64,000 nt of DNA from Octopus vulgaris (Eukaryota), in assembly GCA_951406725.2 (NCBI GenBank), contig OX597818.1, positions 107,694,001-107,758,000 of the forward strand. Reading direction: 5' to 3'. How positions within the stretch are numbered: the first letter of the stretch is position 1; the number at the start of each line of letters is the position of its first letter. The notes beneath the pieces are model-generated. The model was not told the DNA's origin and did not search any database. It saw only the letters and a list, made by a program, of their open reading frames with translations. This document shows positions 13,480-26,903 of this stretch, one piece after another. The position numbers and the translations under genes were made by a program.

Positions 13480-13845
13480 CCAGCTGAGAGGTCATCATCT
13501 CACAAGCTACTTGGTGAACTCACTGATGCTGGTACCACATAAAAAGCACCCAATGGTGATATTTATGTGACACCAGCACCGGTGGTGGTGGTTGGCATTA
13601 GGAAGGGCATCTATGCATAGAAACCATGCCAAAGCAGACAATGGGGCCTGGTCAAACTGCCCAACCCATGCCAGCATGGACGACAGACATCAACTGATGA
13701 TGATGACGACAACGATGATGATAACAATGATGATGATGATGACAACGATGATGATGACAATGATGATGATGATGATGACGATGATGATTATGATGGGGAT
13801 GATGACGACGATGACGACGATGATGATGATGATGATGATGATGGC
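13480..13845 (+). mobile_element. RTE 3' UTR fragment with expanded (GAT/GAC)n tail
   Basis: GGTTGGCATTAGGAAGGGCATC...CCAACCCATGCCAGCATGG. Confidence 0.75.
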
Positions 13846-15291
13846 AGCCTTGTCACACCTGGTACCCACACACCATCTGCTTAATGATTATGTTAAGAGG
13901 ATAAATGTCTGTGGAATACTCGGTTACATATGCTTTATACAATGAATAGTTAGTTCCATTGATTAAGCAAGTGGAACATTTATGAAAAACCAATACAAGA
14001 CAATCATTCGTCAGCATAAACATAAACGATTACGCATCTATATTTGCGTAGAAGTTCAAAGAGTCAATGTGAGTTGAAAATACATTTAAGTATGCATGTT
14101 ATCTAGAATAAATGTGGACTTGCATGCTTTCATATACAAACATATACTTTAATATACACACCTGCATACTCGAGCAAGCAATTACATACACATGTTCATA
14201 AAAATCAATACGTACAGATTCTGGTAAATTTTCGCCATTTTACATAAAATATATACAAAGGCAACATTTATAGCTTTCCATGTTATTTGATAAAATCTTT
14301 TCATGCATTGTTTGGTATTGCTTTCTTTTTATCTTGGAACAATGGCTATGTATTTTGGAAAAGAAGGTTGAGATGTAGTGAAGTTCATGCCTTTGCCAGT
14401 ATCATTGCTAGTGGAAGTGAACTGTAAGGGAAAAACAACGAATTAAGATAGAATTAAGAACTTGTCAGGCACCGTGTTATACTGCTTGCTTCAGATCTCT
14501 CATCACAGTCATACTACTGTTATACATTAGATTAACATAATCTACCATGTCTATAGAACCATACATAAGTATGTAGTGAGATTACATAATCCACAAGTAG
14601 ACTCTCGTACATTCAACTTTCCTTAGACTCCCCCTTCTCTCGTTCTCTCTCTCACTCTCACACTCTCCACCTCTCTTTCTCTCAATGTGCCATGCAGGCT
14701 CTTCTACAGATTCATTGTGAACATTCTGTAATGTACAGCAGAAATAAATATTGCATCATACACATAACAGATTAATCCATATGATGTGGAGTGAAATTCC
14801 TAAATAATTGATCCCCCCTCTTCTCTATATTACACAACGGTACGAGGCTTTTACACCTAACCATAAAAGCATGTGGCAGGAACAGACTGACAGGATGAGA
14901 ATCCAAGATTTCAATTGCAAAACTTACTCTCATTATTTCATGCTCTTTCGCTGATTTGTTGGCTTAAACTATATTTGGCTGTGTGATTGTGAACTTTATA
15001 AACCCATGGTTCTGGTTTCAATTCTGGCCAAGGCTCTGTAAATGAAACTGTTAGATGGAAATTCATAATGCTTCTGTCTAACAATTCCATTCTTAATAAG
15101 TACATATACCTGTGTCTGTAGTGTATGTATGCATGCATGTATGTATGTATTTATGTATGTATGTATGTATGTATGTATGTATGTATGTATGTATGTATGT
15201 ATGTATGTATGTATGTATGTATGCATACATGCATGTATTTATATGTATATACTTCTATCTATCTATATCTATATATGTATATATACATACA

Positions 15292-15334
<43 letters not shown>

Positions 15335-15349
15335 GAACCATGGTTATCA

Positions 15350-15365
15350 GGCAATGTTGGGGGGC

Positions 15366-15407
<42 letters not shown>

Positions 15408-15579
15408 CATATATACGACGGGTTTCTTTCAGTTTCTGTCTGCCAAATCCACTCACAATGCTTTGGTCGGCCCGAGGCTATAGTAGAAGACACTTGCCCA
15501 AGGTGCCAGACAGTGGGACTGAACCTGGAACCATGTGGTTGGCAAGCAAACTACTTACTACACAGCCACTCCTGTGCCT
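15350..15579 (-). mobile_element. SINE family B (tRNA head and CORE-like domain), 5' half
   Basis: Reverse complement of GGAGTGGCTGTGT..GGTTCAGTCCCACTG..CACCTTGGGCAAGTGTCTTCTACTATAGCC. Confidence 0.85.
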
Positions 15580-15793
15580 ATCTGAATTTTTGATTTCGAA
15601 TTTGGTCTCATATCCATCATAATTCTGCCTGTTGTGGCTGCCACTACTATGATGACTACCAGAAAAACTACGAGCACTAATACTCTGCAACTTGGTTCTA
15701 CATCTCTGAGCTGCGTCAATTCTGATTCTGTTACGCTAATAATGCAGAGACATTTGTTGCTCCAGCACAAACTGAATTATGTTTACTCTTCAT

Positions 15794-16116
15794 GAAGGCA
15801 TGTGGCTTAGTGGTTAAGGTATTCGGCTCAGGATTAGAAGATCATGAGTTCGATTCCTATCAGCAAATTGTTTTCTTGAGCAAGACCCTTTATTTCATGT
15901 TTCTCCAGTTCATTCGGTTGGTAAAAATGTGTTGTACCTGTATTTCAAAGGCCCAGCCTTGTAGCGTTTTGTGTCATGTTGAATCTCCCCTAGAACTATG
16001 TGAAGGGTCCATGTGTCTGTGGAGTACTCAGCCACTTGTATGGTAATTTCATGAGCAGGCTGTTCTATTGATTGTATCAACTACTGGAACTCTTGTCATC
16101 GCAACTGAGAGCCAGT
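15794..16116 (+). mobile_element. SINE family C (tRNA head, CORE-like)
   Basis: TGGCTTAGTGG A box, GAGTTCGATTCC B box, CTTGAGCAAGAC core; several copies in the window. Confidence 0.85.
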
Positions 16117-16589
16117 TATATTACACTTCACCAATAAACTAGTGAATCTCAATTTTGTTGACAAAGTCAACACACAAAGGGACGACCATTGACTCTAACA
16201 AGTATCAGATTCTTATTAGCACCAGAAGCTGCCAAATTTCCATGTTATTTGAACAACTGATGTAAATTTAATCTAACAACACATGTTAATGTTACAGATT
16301 CCTTGTCTGGTGTTTGATGTCCAGATTGTCAGAGCTGAAGCTTTTCGAGTTGTATCAAAGTGTTTTGTGTTTGGCTTCATCAGATATCTTCAGTTCTCAG
16401 ATTCATTGTTCAATTAATGCTTATTGATGTTCTTGGTGACTGTGGAATATTTTTGAATGAATTACAGAATTAGGCAGTTGGAAAGAGACATAGCTAAAGA
16501 GATAATGAAGTCGTCCTTTACATAGGAGGAACATGGAAGGAATACACAGGAGAAAGAAGAGGAGGAAAAGTAGGATGAGAAGAAAAACC

Positions 16590-16740
16590 TATGGTGGTGG
16601 TGGTGATGGTGTTGGTGGTGGTGGTGGTGGTGTTGGTGGTGGTGGTGGTGGTAGTGTTGGTGGTGGTGGTGGTGGTGGTGGTGGTGGTGGTGGTGGTGAC
16701 AGCAGTAACGTTGTTGGTGGTGATAATGATGATAATGAAG
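16590..16740. repeat. (GGT)n G-rich microsatellite
   Basis: Seen directly. Confidence 0.9.
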
Positions 16741-17374
16741 ATGCATTAATAGGTTCCTTGGATTTGAACTGGGAACATTTAGGCTTCATGTTAAATCTGC
16801 AATATGATTAACATTGCTATATTTGGGTATGTTCATCATAGCAAGTTGTTCTCTATCCCTGAACTTTATCGAAATGCTCGATGACATTTCAGCCAACCTC
16901 CTTTTTCACACCAGTTTCAACATCAGTTGTTGTCAAGCAAATGAGAAAACTTTAATTTCCATGTCTAAATGTCTCAAAGAGCATTTTAGAAAAGCTGTTC
17001 TTAACTGTAGCTTCCAGAGATTCCCATGCAGCCTTCAAGCATCGTTCCAGTCCTCAACACTCTTCCTTCTCTAAATATAATAAATGTTTTTTTAATTGTG
17101 TTACTCTTTTTGGTGTGGCTCCCAAAAAATTTCCAGTTTTGGATCTGGTCCAGATATTAAAAAAGCTTAAGAAGCCTAAATAAACCCTGGAATTTGATTC
17201 ACTTGAGGGATTTCTGTTACTGTGACTTGAGACCATATTTCGTTTGAGCCATTATAAGACATTCCAATAAGACATTCCTCAACTCTGAATTGTTCTCTAG
17301 TAATTCCTAGGTCTCTTGTATTTTACACACATTTACTTAGAAATGCATGACAAATGAGAAATTACATAAAACTG

Positions 17375-17650
17375 GTTTTGAGTGAACCCACCATGTTGTT
17401 TGAAAGTAGACTAGAAGAAGCACGTGTATTCAAAACTGAAAAATACTCCAGTCTGGTCAACAGTGTAAGGGAAACCAGCTTCCAGATCAGGGTCTTCACC
17501 ATGGAGGTTGGAACCAGAGGTCTTGTGGGCAAATCTGCTTATGATCTAATGAAACAAGTCTCAGTCTCTGGGAAGAACAGGACCAAAGCCTAAGGCAATA
17601 TCAGAGACAATGGAGAGGTGTTCCTGCTGGTTCTGGTCAAGAAGCAGCAA
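17375..17650 (+). mobile_element. Restriction-like-endonuclease LINE fragment (HERO/NeSL-like)
   Basis: EPTMLFESRLEEARVFKTEKYSSL...MEVGTRGLVG matches ELTVP.E...EEA...K..KY..L...EVG.RG. Confidence 0.7.
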
Positions 17651-17708
17651 AAATGATCTCCAAACCATTTCAAAGCAATACTTCTTATCTCTGATTGCTT
17701 AGTGTTAC

Positions 17709-17934
17709 AAAGGCAGTGAGTTGCAAGAATCGTTACGGCACTGAACAAAATGCTAAGTGGCATTTCTTCAGTTCTTTAGATTCTGAGTTCAAATTTCACC
17801 AAGATTGATTTTTACTTTCATCCCTTCAGGGTCAATAAAATAAAATACTGGTCAAGTATTAGGGTCGACGAAATTGACTAGTCCCCCAACTCCACAATAT
17901 TTCAGGCCTTGTGCCTATGGTAGAAAGAATTATT
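17709..17934 (+). mobile_element. SINE family A
   Basis: Family A head and core. Confidence 0.85.
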
Positions 17935-18330
17935 GTTTTCTATTCTAGGCACAAGTTCCAAAAGTTTTGGGGAGGGGGGCAGTCAATTAAATTGACCCTA
18001 GTACGCAACTGGTACTTTATTTATCAACCCAAAAGGATGAAAGACAAAGTCGACCTCGGCGGAATTTGAACTCAGAACGTAAAAACAGACGAAATACCTA
18101 TTTCTTTATTACCTACAAGGGGCTAAACACAGAGAGGACAAACAAGGACCGACAAACGGATTAAGTTGATTATATTGACCCCAGTGCATAACTGGTACTT
18201 ATTTAATCGACCCCGAAAGGATGAAAGGCAAAGTCGACCTCGGCAGAATTTGAACTCAGAACATAAAGACAGACGTAATACCACTAAGCATTTCACCTGG
18301 TGTGCTAACGATTCTGCCAGCTCACTACTT
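17935..18330 (-). mobile_element. SINE family A, dimeric form
   Basis: Two successive GAGTTCAAATT..GAGGTCGACTTTG..GTACCAG units with different tails. Confidence 0.85.
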
Positions 18331-18629
18331 TTGGTAGAAAGAATTGCTACTTAATGTCATCAGAACCATTGTTGAAGATATTTCTTTTCTCCCAGTTTGT
18401 CAGTATAACCTCATCAACATTCTAAACTCACAGCATTAATTAAATGATGTTGATGGCTTTTAATAATGATGATGACGAGCAACACACTAGATCAGTTGTT
18501 TAGGGTCTGTAGTGAATGTTTAACAGGTGAGACAAGGGTTAGAATATAATTGCATATTCTTAACCATCTGTGAATAAAGCAGTTTAGAGCATGAAACACA
18601 GAGGCAGCATAGTGATTGAAAGAATGCAT

Positions 18630-18930
18630 GCTGCATACAAGCACATATATACATACATGCATACATGCATTCATACATGCATTCATACACACATATATAC
18701 ATACATGCATGCATACATGCATTCATACATGCATTCATACACACATATATACATACATACATGCATACATACATACACACAAGCACATGCATACATGGAT
18801 ACATGGATACACACGTACACATACATGCATACATACATGCATTCATACACACATATATACATACATACACACAAACACAAGCATACATGCATACATGCAT
18901 GCAAACATACATACACACACACATACATGA
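18630..18930. repeat. Compound CATA/CATG microsatellite
   Basis: Seen directly. Confidence 0.9.
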
Positions 18931-19604
18931 AATAAATCTGTAACACATAAACCTTATGCATTACACAATACCGTTTATTACATAAACTAGATTTTTAGTG
19001 GATAAAACATATCTGCTAATCAAGTCATTCCCTCACTTGCCAGAGACTCATAAAACTCACATGAATGTCTGTCTGCGATCAGGAACAAATATATTCCTGT
19101 CAATATATTCTTGGAAATTTACTCTCCCCAACTAAATTACGACTATTTTTTTTCTCTCTTTTTGTCTCTTTTTTTTTGTTGTTTTATTTCAGTGTTTTCC
19201 TCTCCACATGTCAATTGATTCATTTTCTAATAAATTGTTGTCGTTTTTCTCCTTCTCTTTTCTTTTCTCCTTTTATGTTTCCATTTAAAGCATTTAATTG
19301 CAACCCTGAGTGTGTGGAAAGTATGTTATCTTCAGAAAGTCACAGCTGCTCCAGACAGCAGAGTTCTGACCCACAAGCCAAAAGGCCATTCATTTACATC
19401 CCATCCATTTTTCCACACTGTTTTTCTAATAAGGACATTACTTACTTCTCAGTGGCTCAATCCACTCAACCATAAATAGATACCATTCTCTGCAGTAAAT
19501 AGTTAGAACAATATGCCACAAATTCAAGCAGAATGATGCAAGTTTAATTCTGTTTTTTGTTCTTTTTTGGTGGGGGTTTCAGTCTTATTTTTATTTTTAT
19601 TTTT

Positions 19605-19827
19605 TTTTATTGCCCACAAGGGACTAAACATAGAGGGGACAAACAATGACAGACAAAGGGATTAAGTCAATTACATCGACCCCGGTGCATAACTGGTATA
19701 TAATTTATCGACCCCGAAAGGATGAAAGGCAAAGTCGACCTCGACGGAATTTGAACTCAGAACGTAGCAGCAGACGAAAAACCGCTAAGCATTTCGCCCG
19801 GCATGCTAGTGTTTCTGCCAGCTTCGC
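19605..19827 (-). mobile_element. SINE family A
   Basis: Near-complete reverse complement of 3128-3360. Confidence 0.9.
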
Positions 19828-20536
19828 TGATTGCAGTCTTAGGACCTCAACCATGCTGGAGCACTTTTACAGTTTATTTCCGACCAGGTTTGTTTTCACT
19901 TGAGTTTGTAGCGGCTGGTCTTCCTGGTTGGCTGGTCTGGTATTGTCATTAGGGGTTTATCCAATGCCTTTTATTTTTGTTAATGTTTCAGTATATCTCC
20001 TTTTTATATTTCTGATTTCTTTAGGTAGGCATTTGAATTCAACATAATCAACCCAAGTAATAACTGGTATTATTTTTACTGTACCTGAAAAAAGAAGAAA
20101 AAATAAAGAAAACAAAAGTTTAACACAGAAGATGTGAATCCTGAATTAAAGAGTAAATATTTTATAAGCTTGAAAAGTTGATCTACAACGTTTCCATTGA
20201 CATAAATTAGACGAGAAATGAGTCCAAACCTGATTTGCTCTACAAACACTGCTTCGCAAACAAAATGCTTTCTAGTGTTCACCAATAATTTCATGGATTA
20301 TGTAACATTTCCATAGTTTAACCTCAGATTCCAAATATGTTCTTCCACCTAGATTAGTTGTACATGATATTTCGAGGATATTTCCTTTCCAAATGTATTG
20401 AATTGATCAATAATTAATCACACTTATATGAGCTTATATGTAATTCTGTTTGTCAGTGTATCCCAGCTCTTTGGAGTTTTTCACCTAGAAAGAAAATATA
20501 TTCATATATTCATGCATACACACATATGTGTATATA

Positions 20537-20602
<66 letters not shown>

Positions 20603-21170
20603 ATTTATATGTATGTTTATATACATATACATATGTATAAATATCTCTCACTCTATATACATATGAATGCATAGACACTATACATATATATGTGTGTATG
20701 TGTATGTACATATACATATATATATATATATAAATATATATATACATATATATATATATATAAATATATATATAGAGAGAGAGAGAGAGAAAGAAAGAAA
20801 GAGAAAGAGAGAAAGAAAGAGAGAAAAAGAGAGAGAGATAAGTCTATAGTATGTATGTGTTCATATGTATCTAAATTTATATATCTACACACTCACACAT
20901 GCATATATATATATATATGATCACAAACACACATTAGGGCAAATTTGAAGCAAATACATTAAGAAAATAATGATGGACACAAATGTACATTTCTACTTGA
21001 ATACAAAAACGGTTAAAATACAAATATACACTTTAATATATTCATATTCACATAAAGCAATTATGTGCAATCATTTGCAAGGCAAAAAAACAAAATAAAG
21101 AAAACCATGCACACACAAATGTATATGTGTATATATGTAAATGTGTCCATACGTATCATGTTTATATATA

Positions 21171-21251
<81 letters not shown>

Positions 21252-21542
21252 TGTATGTATGTATGTATGTATGTATATCTATATGTATGTATGTATGTAT
21301 GCATGTATGTATGTAGACTTTGTAGAACAAACAGGAAAAATAGAACTCAACACATGAATATATATATATAGATTGTTATCTTATGGTAAAATTGAGTCAA
21401 GGGCTGAGAGTTTGGGCTCTTCAATATTTTTTTTAACTTTCTGTCCATTAAAAAAAATATAATAAATTTTATGTGTGTGTGTGTTTATCTGTATTATCAC
21501 AGCTGTCTGATGAACAGTCATGCAAAACTCTGAGTAATATTT

Positions 21543-21593
<51 letters not shown>

Positions 21594-21819
21594 CTGTAAA
21601 ATAATATGTCATAATAATATATATTCTCTGATATGAAGTGACAATTTTTTAATACAAGCAAATGATGGAAAAATGATGAGCTAACAATAGCCAAAATCGA
21701 AACCACAAATTCACACTAACACGGCTCCTTGCATATCCAATTGGGACAAATGCTCACCCATCAATTTCAGCCAAATTTAATGAATCTGTCTAATACTACA
21801 TATAATATTTGTAAGCAAG

Positions 21820-21940
21820 CCAGTTTCCCATGCTGGCATGGGTTGGACGGTTGGACAGTTAGACTGGAAGTTGGTAAGCTGGGAAGCTGCTCTAGGTTCC
21901 AGTCTGATTTGGCATGGTTTTTATAGCTGGATGCTATGCC
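21820..21940 (-). mobile_element. RTE 3' UTR fragment
   Basis: CCATGCTGGCATGGGTTGGACGG...GCTGGATGC. Confidence 0.7.
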
Positions 21941-21959
21941 AACTCATATTGGAACCTTG

Positions 21960-22330
21960 CAGATATGGCTGCATAATAAGAAGTTTGCTTCCTCGCATCA
22001 TGATTTGGGGTTCAGTGCCATTGTGTGGCACATTGAGCAAGTGTCTTCTACAATAGATGATCAAAGTCTTGTGAGGGGATTTGGTAGAGAGAAACTGTGT
22101 GTGTCTTTGTGTCACTGCCTGTCCTCCTCCACCACCACTTCACAATCGGTATTGGTGTGTTTATGTCCTCGTATCTTAGTGGTTCAGCAAGAGAGGCCCA
22201 TGGAATAAGTACCTGGATGGAAAAGAAAAATTTAAATAAGTTCTGGGGAAATTCCTTCAACTAAATTTCTTCATGGCTGTGCTCCAGCAAGGCCACAATT
22301 GAATGACCGAAACAAGTAAAAGATAAAAGA
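21960..22330 (+). mobile_element. SINE family B, degenerate full length
   Basis: Head, core, GT tract and GCTCCAGCA..GAAACAAGTAAAAGATAAAAGA tail. Confidence 0.8.
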
Positions 22331-22456
22331 TGTATATACATATATATATATATATCTGTCTGTATGTATATATAACTGATAATGGAGAGGAGAGTTGAAC
22401 TTTATTCACACCCAGAACTTTTTTATTAAAAATTCTTCTACAGAATATATAACAAT

Positions 22457-22541
22457 GACCTACATATGTTTCTACTGCAGCGACTGCACATTGCTCTGTT
22501 TGCAGTTAGACATCCTAGTTGCTGCAATTTCATCAAAAGTC
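22457..22541 (-). ncRNA. Degenerate type I hammerhead ribozyme motif, copy 1
   Basis: gactt-TTGATGA-a-attgcagc[39 nt]gctgcagt-a-GAAA-catatg-TA-ggtc. Stem II and palindromic stem III are present; core C is changed to T. Confidence 0.55.
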
Positions 22542-22751
22542 TATCCATCATGGCGTTTTCAAATGGAAGCGATTCAAACAATCTTCCTCTGTTGGTATTC
22601 TGCCAAAGCTGATGGCGTTACTTTTTCAATCCAATGGAATTCTGGTCTTATAATCAGCTCTACTTGGATTACAATTGAAGCTTGGTTTTAAGATGTTTAT
22701 CCCTCTTATGTTCTCTCTCCCTCTCTCTCTCTCTCTGTATCTATGTATATA

Positions 22752-22821
<70 letters not shown>

Positions 22822-22929
22822 CATTCTGTATCTTGATATTCTTTCTGAACCAAAGTTTAAATTTTAAATTTCAAGCTTTTATTTCACCTGAAGAAAACTG
22901 TTTTTCCATGATGTAATCAGTTTATTCAT

Positions 22930-23011
22930 GACCTACATACGTTTCTACTGCAACTGCACATTGCTCTGTTTGCAGTTAGACATCCTAGTTGCTGCAATTT
23001 CATCAAAAGTC
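22930..23011 (-). ncRNA. Degenerate type I hammerhead ribozyme motif, copy 2
   Basis: Same motif with GAAA-cgtatg-TA-ggtc. Confidence 0.55.
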
Positions 23012-23102
23012 TATCCATCATGGCGTTTTCAAATGGAAGCGATTCATATATATGTATGTGTGTGTGTGTGTGTGTATATATATGTATATATATACGTATA
23101 TT

Positions 23103-23134
<32 letters not shown>

Positions 23135-24406
23135 CAGAAAGAGAGAGACAGAACACAAATGGGTCGAGGTTCACTACAGCTGTTTCAGATGTGTTTTTTA
23201 CTGATGAATAAACTGATTACATCATGGAAAAACAGTTTTCTTCAGGTGAAATAAAAGCTTGAAATTTAAAATTTAAACTTTGGTTCAGAAAGAATATCAA
23301 GGTACAGAATGTGTTTGTCGACCATCTCATTTTGGCAAACAAGAGAGGGAAGCTGTACTGAAGAATAGCAAAATATCATATGAGCGAGGGTCATAAACCC
23401 ATCAACAAAGAAAGCCGCACTTAGATAATAAGTCATATGGTATGCACCTGGTAGCTTACCAGTGAAGCTCATTCATTTTCAGTGTTTGTTGGCAATTTGA
23501 TTAATGAGATAAACGAAAGATGGAAGATATGAGAATGTTTGTTGATCACTACAATTATTTTGTCCCATCTAGCATCTACCCCTCAAGGTGGGGGGATACC
23601 TAACATCTGGTTAAGGAGTATCTGTCAGCGTAGATGTGTTACTTCAGGTGATACTGAAATAATGACTGTTTCGCAAGATATCTCCTTGATTTGTGGATTG
23701 AAAAGCAGCCAGTTAAGGAATACAGCTTCATTAGTATAGAAGATCAATAAAAGTCCGATGTGAAAAGGAATGGATACACTATACAGCAAAAAGGTTATTA
23801 AATATGACTGTAAACTGATATGGATGTATAAACACCCTTGCTTAGGTTGTATTGCACAAGTACACTCACTGATAGAAACATCTCCAAATTCACAAAGGTA
23901 TAAGCATCCACACACACGTGGTTTGGTGCACATATGGTCACACAGCAAATTAAAGAGCTGTTTGGTCCTCCATGCTGGCCTGGGATGGACAGCCTGACTG
24001 GAGCTGGTGAGTTTGACAGATGCACAAGGTTCCATGATCTGCTTTGACATGTTTTCTACAGTTGGATGTCCTTTCTAATGCCAATATATATATATATATG
24101 TACACATGTGTGTGTGTGCATATGTGCGGGTGTATATGGATTGATGTAAACTCATATAAAAAAAAACCTGAAGTGTTGTTGGTCACTGGTCATCTCTTCT
24201 CTCTGCTGCTTCTTTGGTTTTTGAGTTGAATGTAATGAAAAGTGGGTTCGATTCTGTGGAACGTTTTTTCACATAAAAAAAAAAAAAATCAAACACAAGA
24301 AATGTTTTGACCCTTGGAATGTTTGTATTGACTCAGGAAGTGGTCTTAGTCAGTCACGAGTTGGCTTCCAACATCTATACATAGATACATATACATGTGT
24401 ATATAG

Positions 24407-24596
<190 letters not shown>

Positions 24597-25151
24597 TATT
24601 TTTGTATATATGTACACACACATATTGTCAATTTTCTGATAATTTTCAGATCTTTCTTCATAATTAGTTTAAATGCCATCAACTAATTCAGGCGATATTA
24701 ATCTGGTGGTTGACTGCTTAAGAGCTTTCTCTCTGGGACACTTCAGCATAGACATCGAACCACATAGGATGACTAAATGTTAATAATTAAAGTTTTTCAC
24801 AAATTGTTTTCAAATTCCATTCTAGTTTTTTTCTTATTTATATTTATATATGTGTGTATGTGTTTTATTTTTAAAATCTTTATTGTCTTTTTTTTCTTTC
24901 AGTTCTGCAGTTTCTCATTTATATTGTAAATTTTGTAACATAGACTTGGTTGTAAAATGTCAGTTCCTTTGTCTGTAATTTCCCTTGGAGATAGCTCTGA
25001 TCTTTGGGGATTGACATCATATCAGCTTTAATAATCACCTTGAAAGGGCACTTTTTTTGTAATCTTCTTGTGTAGATGTGTCTCTCTGCTTGTGAGCATG
25101 TGTGTGTGTGTGCATGCATGCATCTGTGTGCATATCTGTGTGTATGTATAC

Positions 25152-25207
<56 letters not shown>

Positions 25208-25578
25208 ACACACACATACACATCTCTATAATGTTACATTGATTCAAACATACATATTTACATTCGCACATGCATACATAGTAGTATTGATAGTTAGAAT
25301 GATTACAATAATGCACAGATAGAAATAACCCAGAATGTGCTTGTTATGACATCATTTGATCTTGTTTTTCAAATACTTCATCTGCTTAAAATATTGAGAT
25401 CAAATCCACTTGACTATTTGGGCACAGGGTGTACTCCTTGAGATTTTATTTCACAAATTTTAATCTTATCTCCACATACCAAAGTATTTCCTGTTAGAAC
25501 AAAGTGGTTTGCTAAAATTTCACTGTTGTCAACATGTGCCCTCCTCAAATTGCTGGCCTTTGCCAAAATTTGAAATCA

Positions 25579-25710
25579 TTCTTCTTCTTCTTCTTCTTCT
25601 TCTTCTTCTTCTTCTTCTTCTTCTTCTTCTTCTTCTTCTTCTTCTTCTTCTTCTTCTTCTTCTTCTTCTTCTTCTTCTTCCCACTCTTCCTCCTCCTCCT
25701 CCTCCTCATC
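25579..25710. repeat. (CTT)n/(CCT)n microsatellite
   Basis: Seen directly. Confidence 0.95.
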
Positions 25711-26276
25711 ATTATTGAGTGCGAGAGCAGTGCATGCCTTGAAAGTGGCATTGGGGTAAAATATACAAAGCCCAGTATATCCATCATGACTACCCTTCAG
25801 ATAATTGTACACCAGGCACATGCATCACAACCACGTGTGTGCGACATGGTGATTTCATATCAAGACAACCAGTGTATGACCTTGCAGGTGGAGCCCAGTT
25901 AGAATTTTCTTCAGGTTGAGTAGCCCATCCCACTCAAAAGGTCCCTGAGTAAGGTTTGTTTTAAGAATGATGAACAAAGCACCCATGTTTCCAAAGGTAA
26001 CTTGTCCAAACCATAAAGAATTCCTCTCAACACATGGCTATGAAGCTTCCCCACTACTTCTGCTCATGATCAGAGATGTACATATCGTCAGCCACTAAGG
26101 GACATGCTCAGCTGGTTAAGGTCAAATAACTGACAAGCAAATCTGTGGTATTGAGCAGAATATTTGCTGTAGCCCATCTTTTATACCAAAACAAAACAAT
26201 GTACATGATAGCACTTCCAATCAGTTAAGATCAGAAGCCATGAGAGCCACTTCCTGGTACTGCATCAGGGCATGTG

Positions 26277-26315
26277 GTATTATTATTATTATCATCATCA
26301 TCATCATCATCATCA

Positions 26316-26373
<58 letters not shown>

Positions 26374-26408
26374 CATCATTATTATTATTATTATTATCAT
26401 CATCATCA

Positions 26409-26460
<52 letters not shown>

Positions 26461-26490
26461 CATTATTATTATTATTATTAATATTATTAT
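26277..26490. repeat. (ATT)n/(ATC)n microsatellite
   Basis: Seen directly; abuts the 3' end of a Dong-like LINE. Confidence 0.95.
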
Positions 26491-26880
26491 TCCTTCATAA
26501 CACAGAGTAGGTAAAAATGTACCAGAGTCTTTAGTCATCTATCAAGTCACAACAAGGACCTCATACAGATAATACTTTCCTTAAGATGTGTGCTGTGCGC
26601 AATACGGCTGCTTTTTGCAAGACATCAAACTTGCATGGGATTTCCAGTTGTCTTCAGAACTCTTGAAGTTTCAATGGGACTGAGCCCAACACTCCAATCA
26701 CCACTGGTATCACTTTCACATTACCCTCTCGCATTCCACACAGTCATGCCATTTCCACTTTCAACTCGGAGTGCTTGGTGATTTTTTCAACCTCTTTACT
26801 TACAACATTCATGTCATTTGTTATGGCTACATCAGTGATTTGACAGTATTTGTCGCTCTTATTCAATATGACAATTACTA
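26491..26880 (-). mobile_element. R4/Dong-clade LINE 3' end (restriction-like endonuclease)
   Basis: IVILNKSDKYCQITDVAITNDMNVVSKEVEKITKHSELKVEMA..VIPVVIGVLGSVP..LQKAAVLRTAHILRKVL, followed by (TAA)n. Confidence 0.85.
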
Positions 26881-26903
26881 TTAGTAATAAGAAAACAAGG
26901 GAT

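Larger units (their letters stand above)
22380..23830 (-). mobile_element. PLE terminal region: GIY-YIG end, duplicated hammerhead-containing repeat, inverted segment
   Basis: Minus-strand INILKPSFN resembles the PLE endonuclease end LKP.LN. Direct repeat 22455-22576 = 22928-23046; 109-bp inverted repeat 22821-22929 / 23204-23312. Confidence 0.65.

Noticed and set aside
15590-15780. Protein-like minus-strand frames (SFSGSHHSSGSHNRQNYDGY)
   Set aside because: No recognisable domain or convincing splice sites.
16330-16400. Minus-strand CTGATGA...GAAA with flanking complementarity
   Set aside because: No stem II, and stem I is out of register.
19872-20085. Strong minus-strand splice acceptor (TTTTTTCAG|G)
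   Set aside because: The open frame is short, ends in a stop and is out of phase with the 27268 donor; cannot be supported as coding.
23196-23260. CTGATGA...GAAA on +
   Set aside because: Stem II does not abut the core and stem III is absent.
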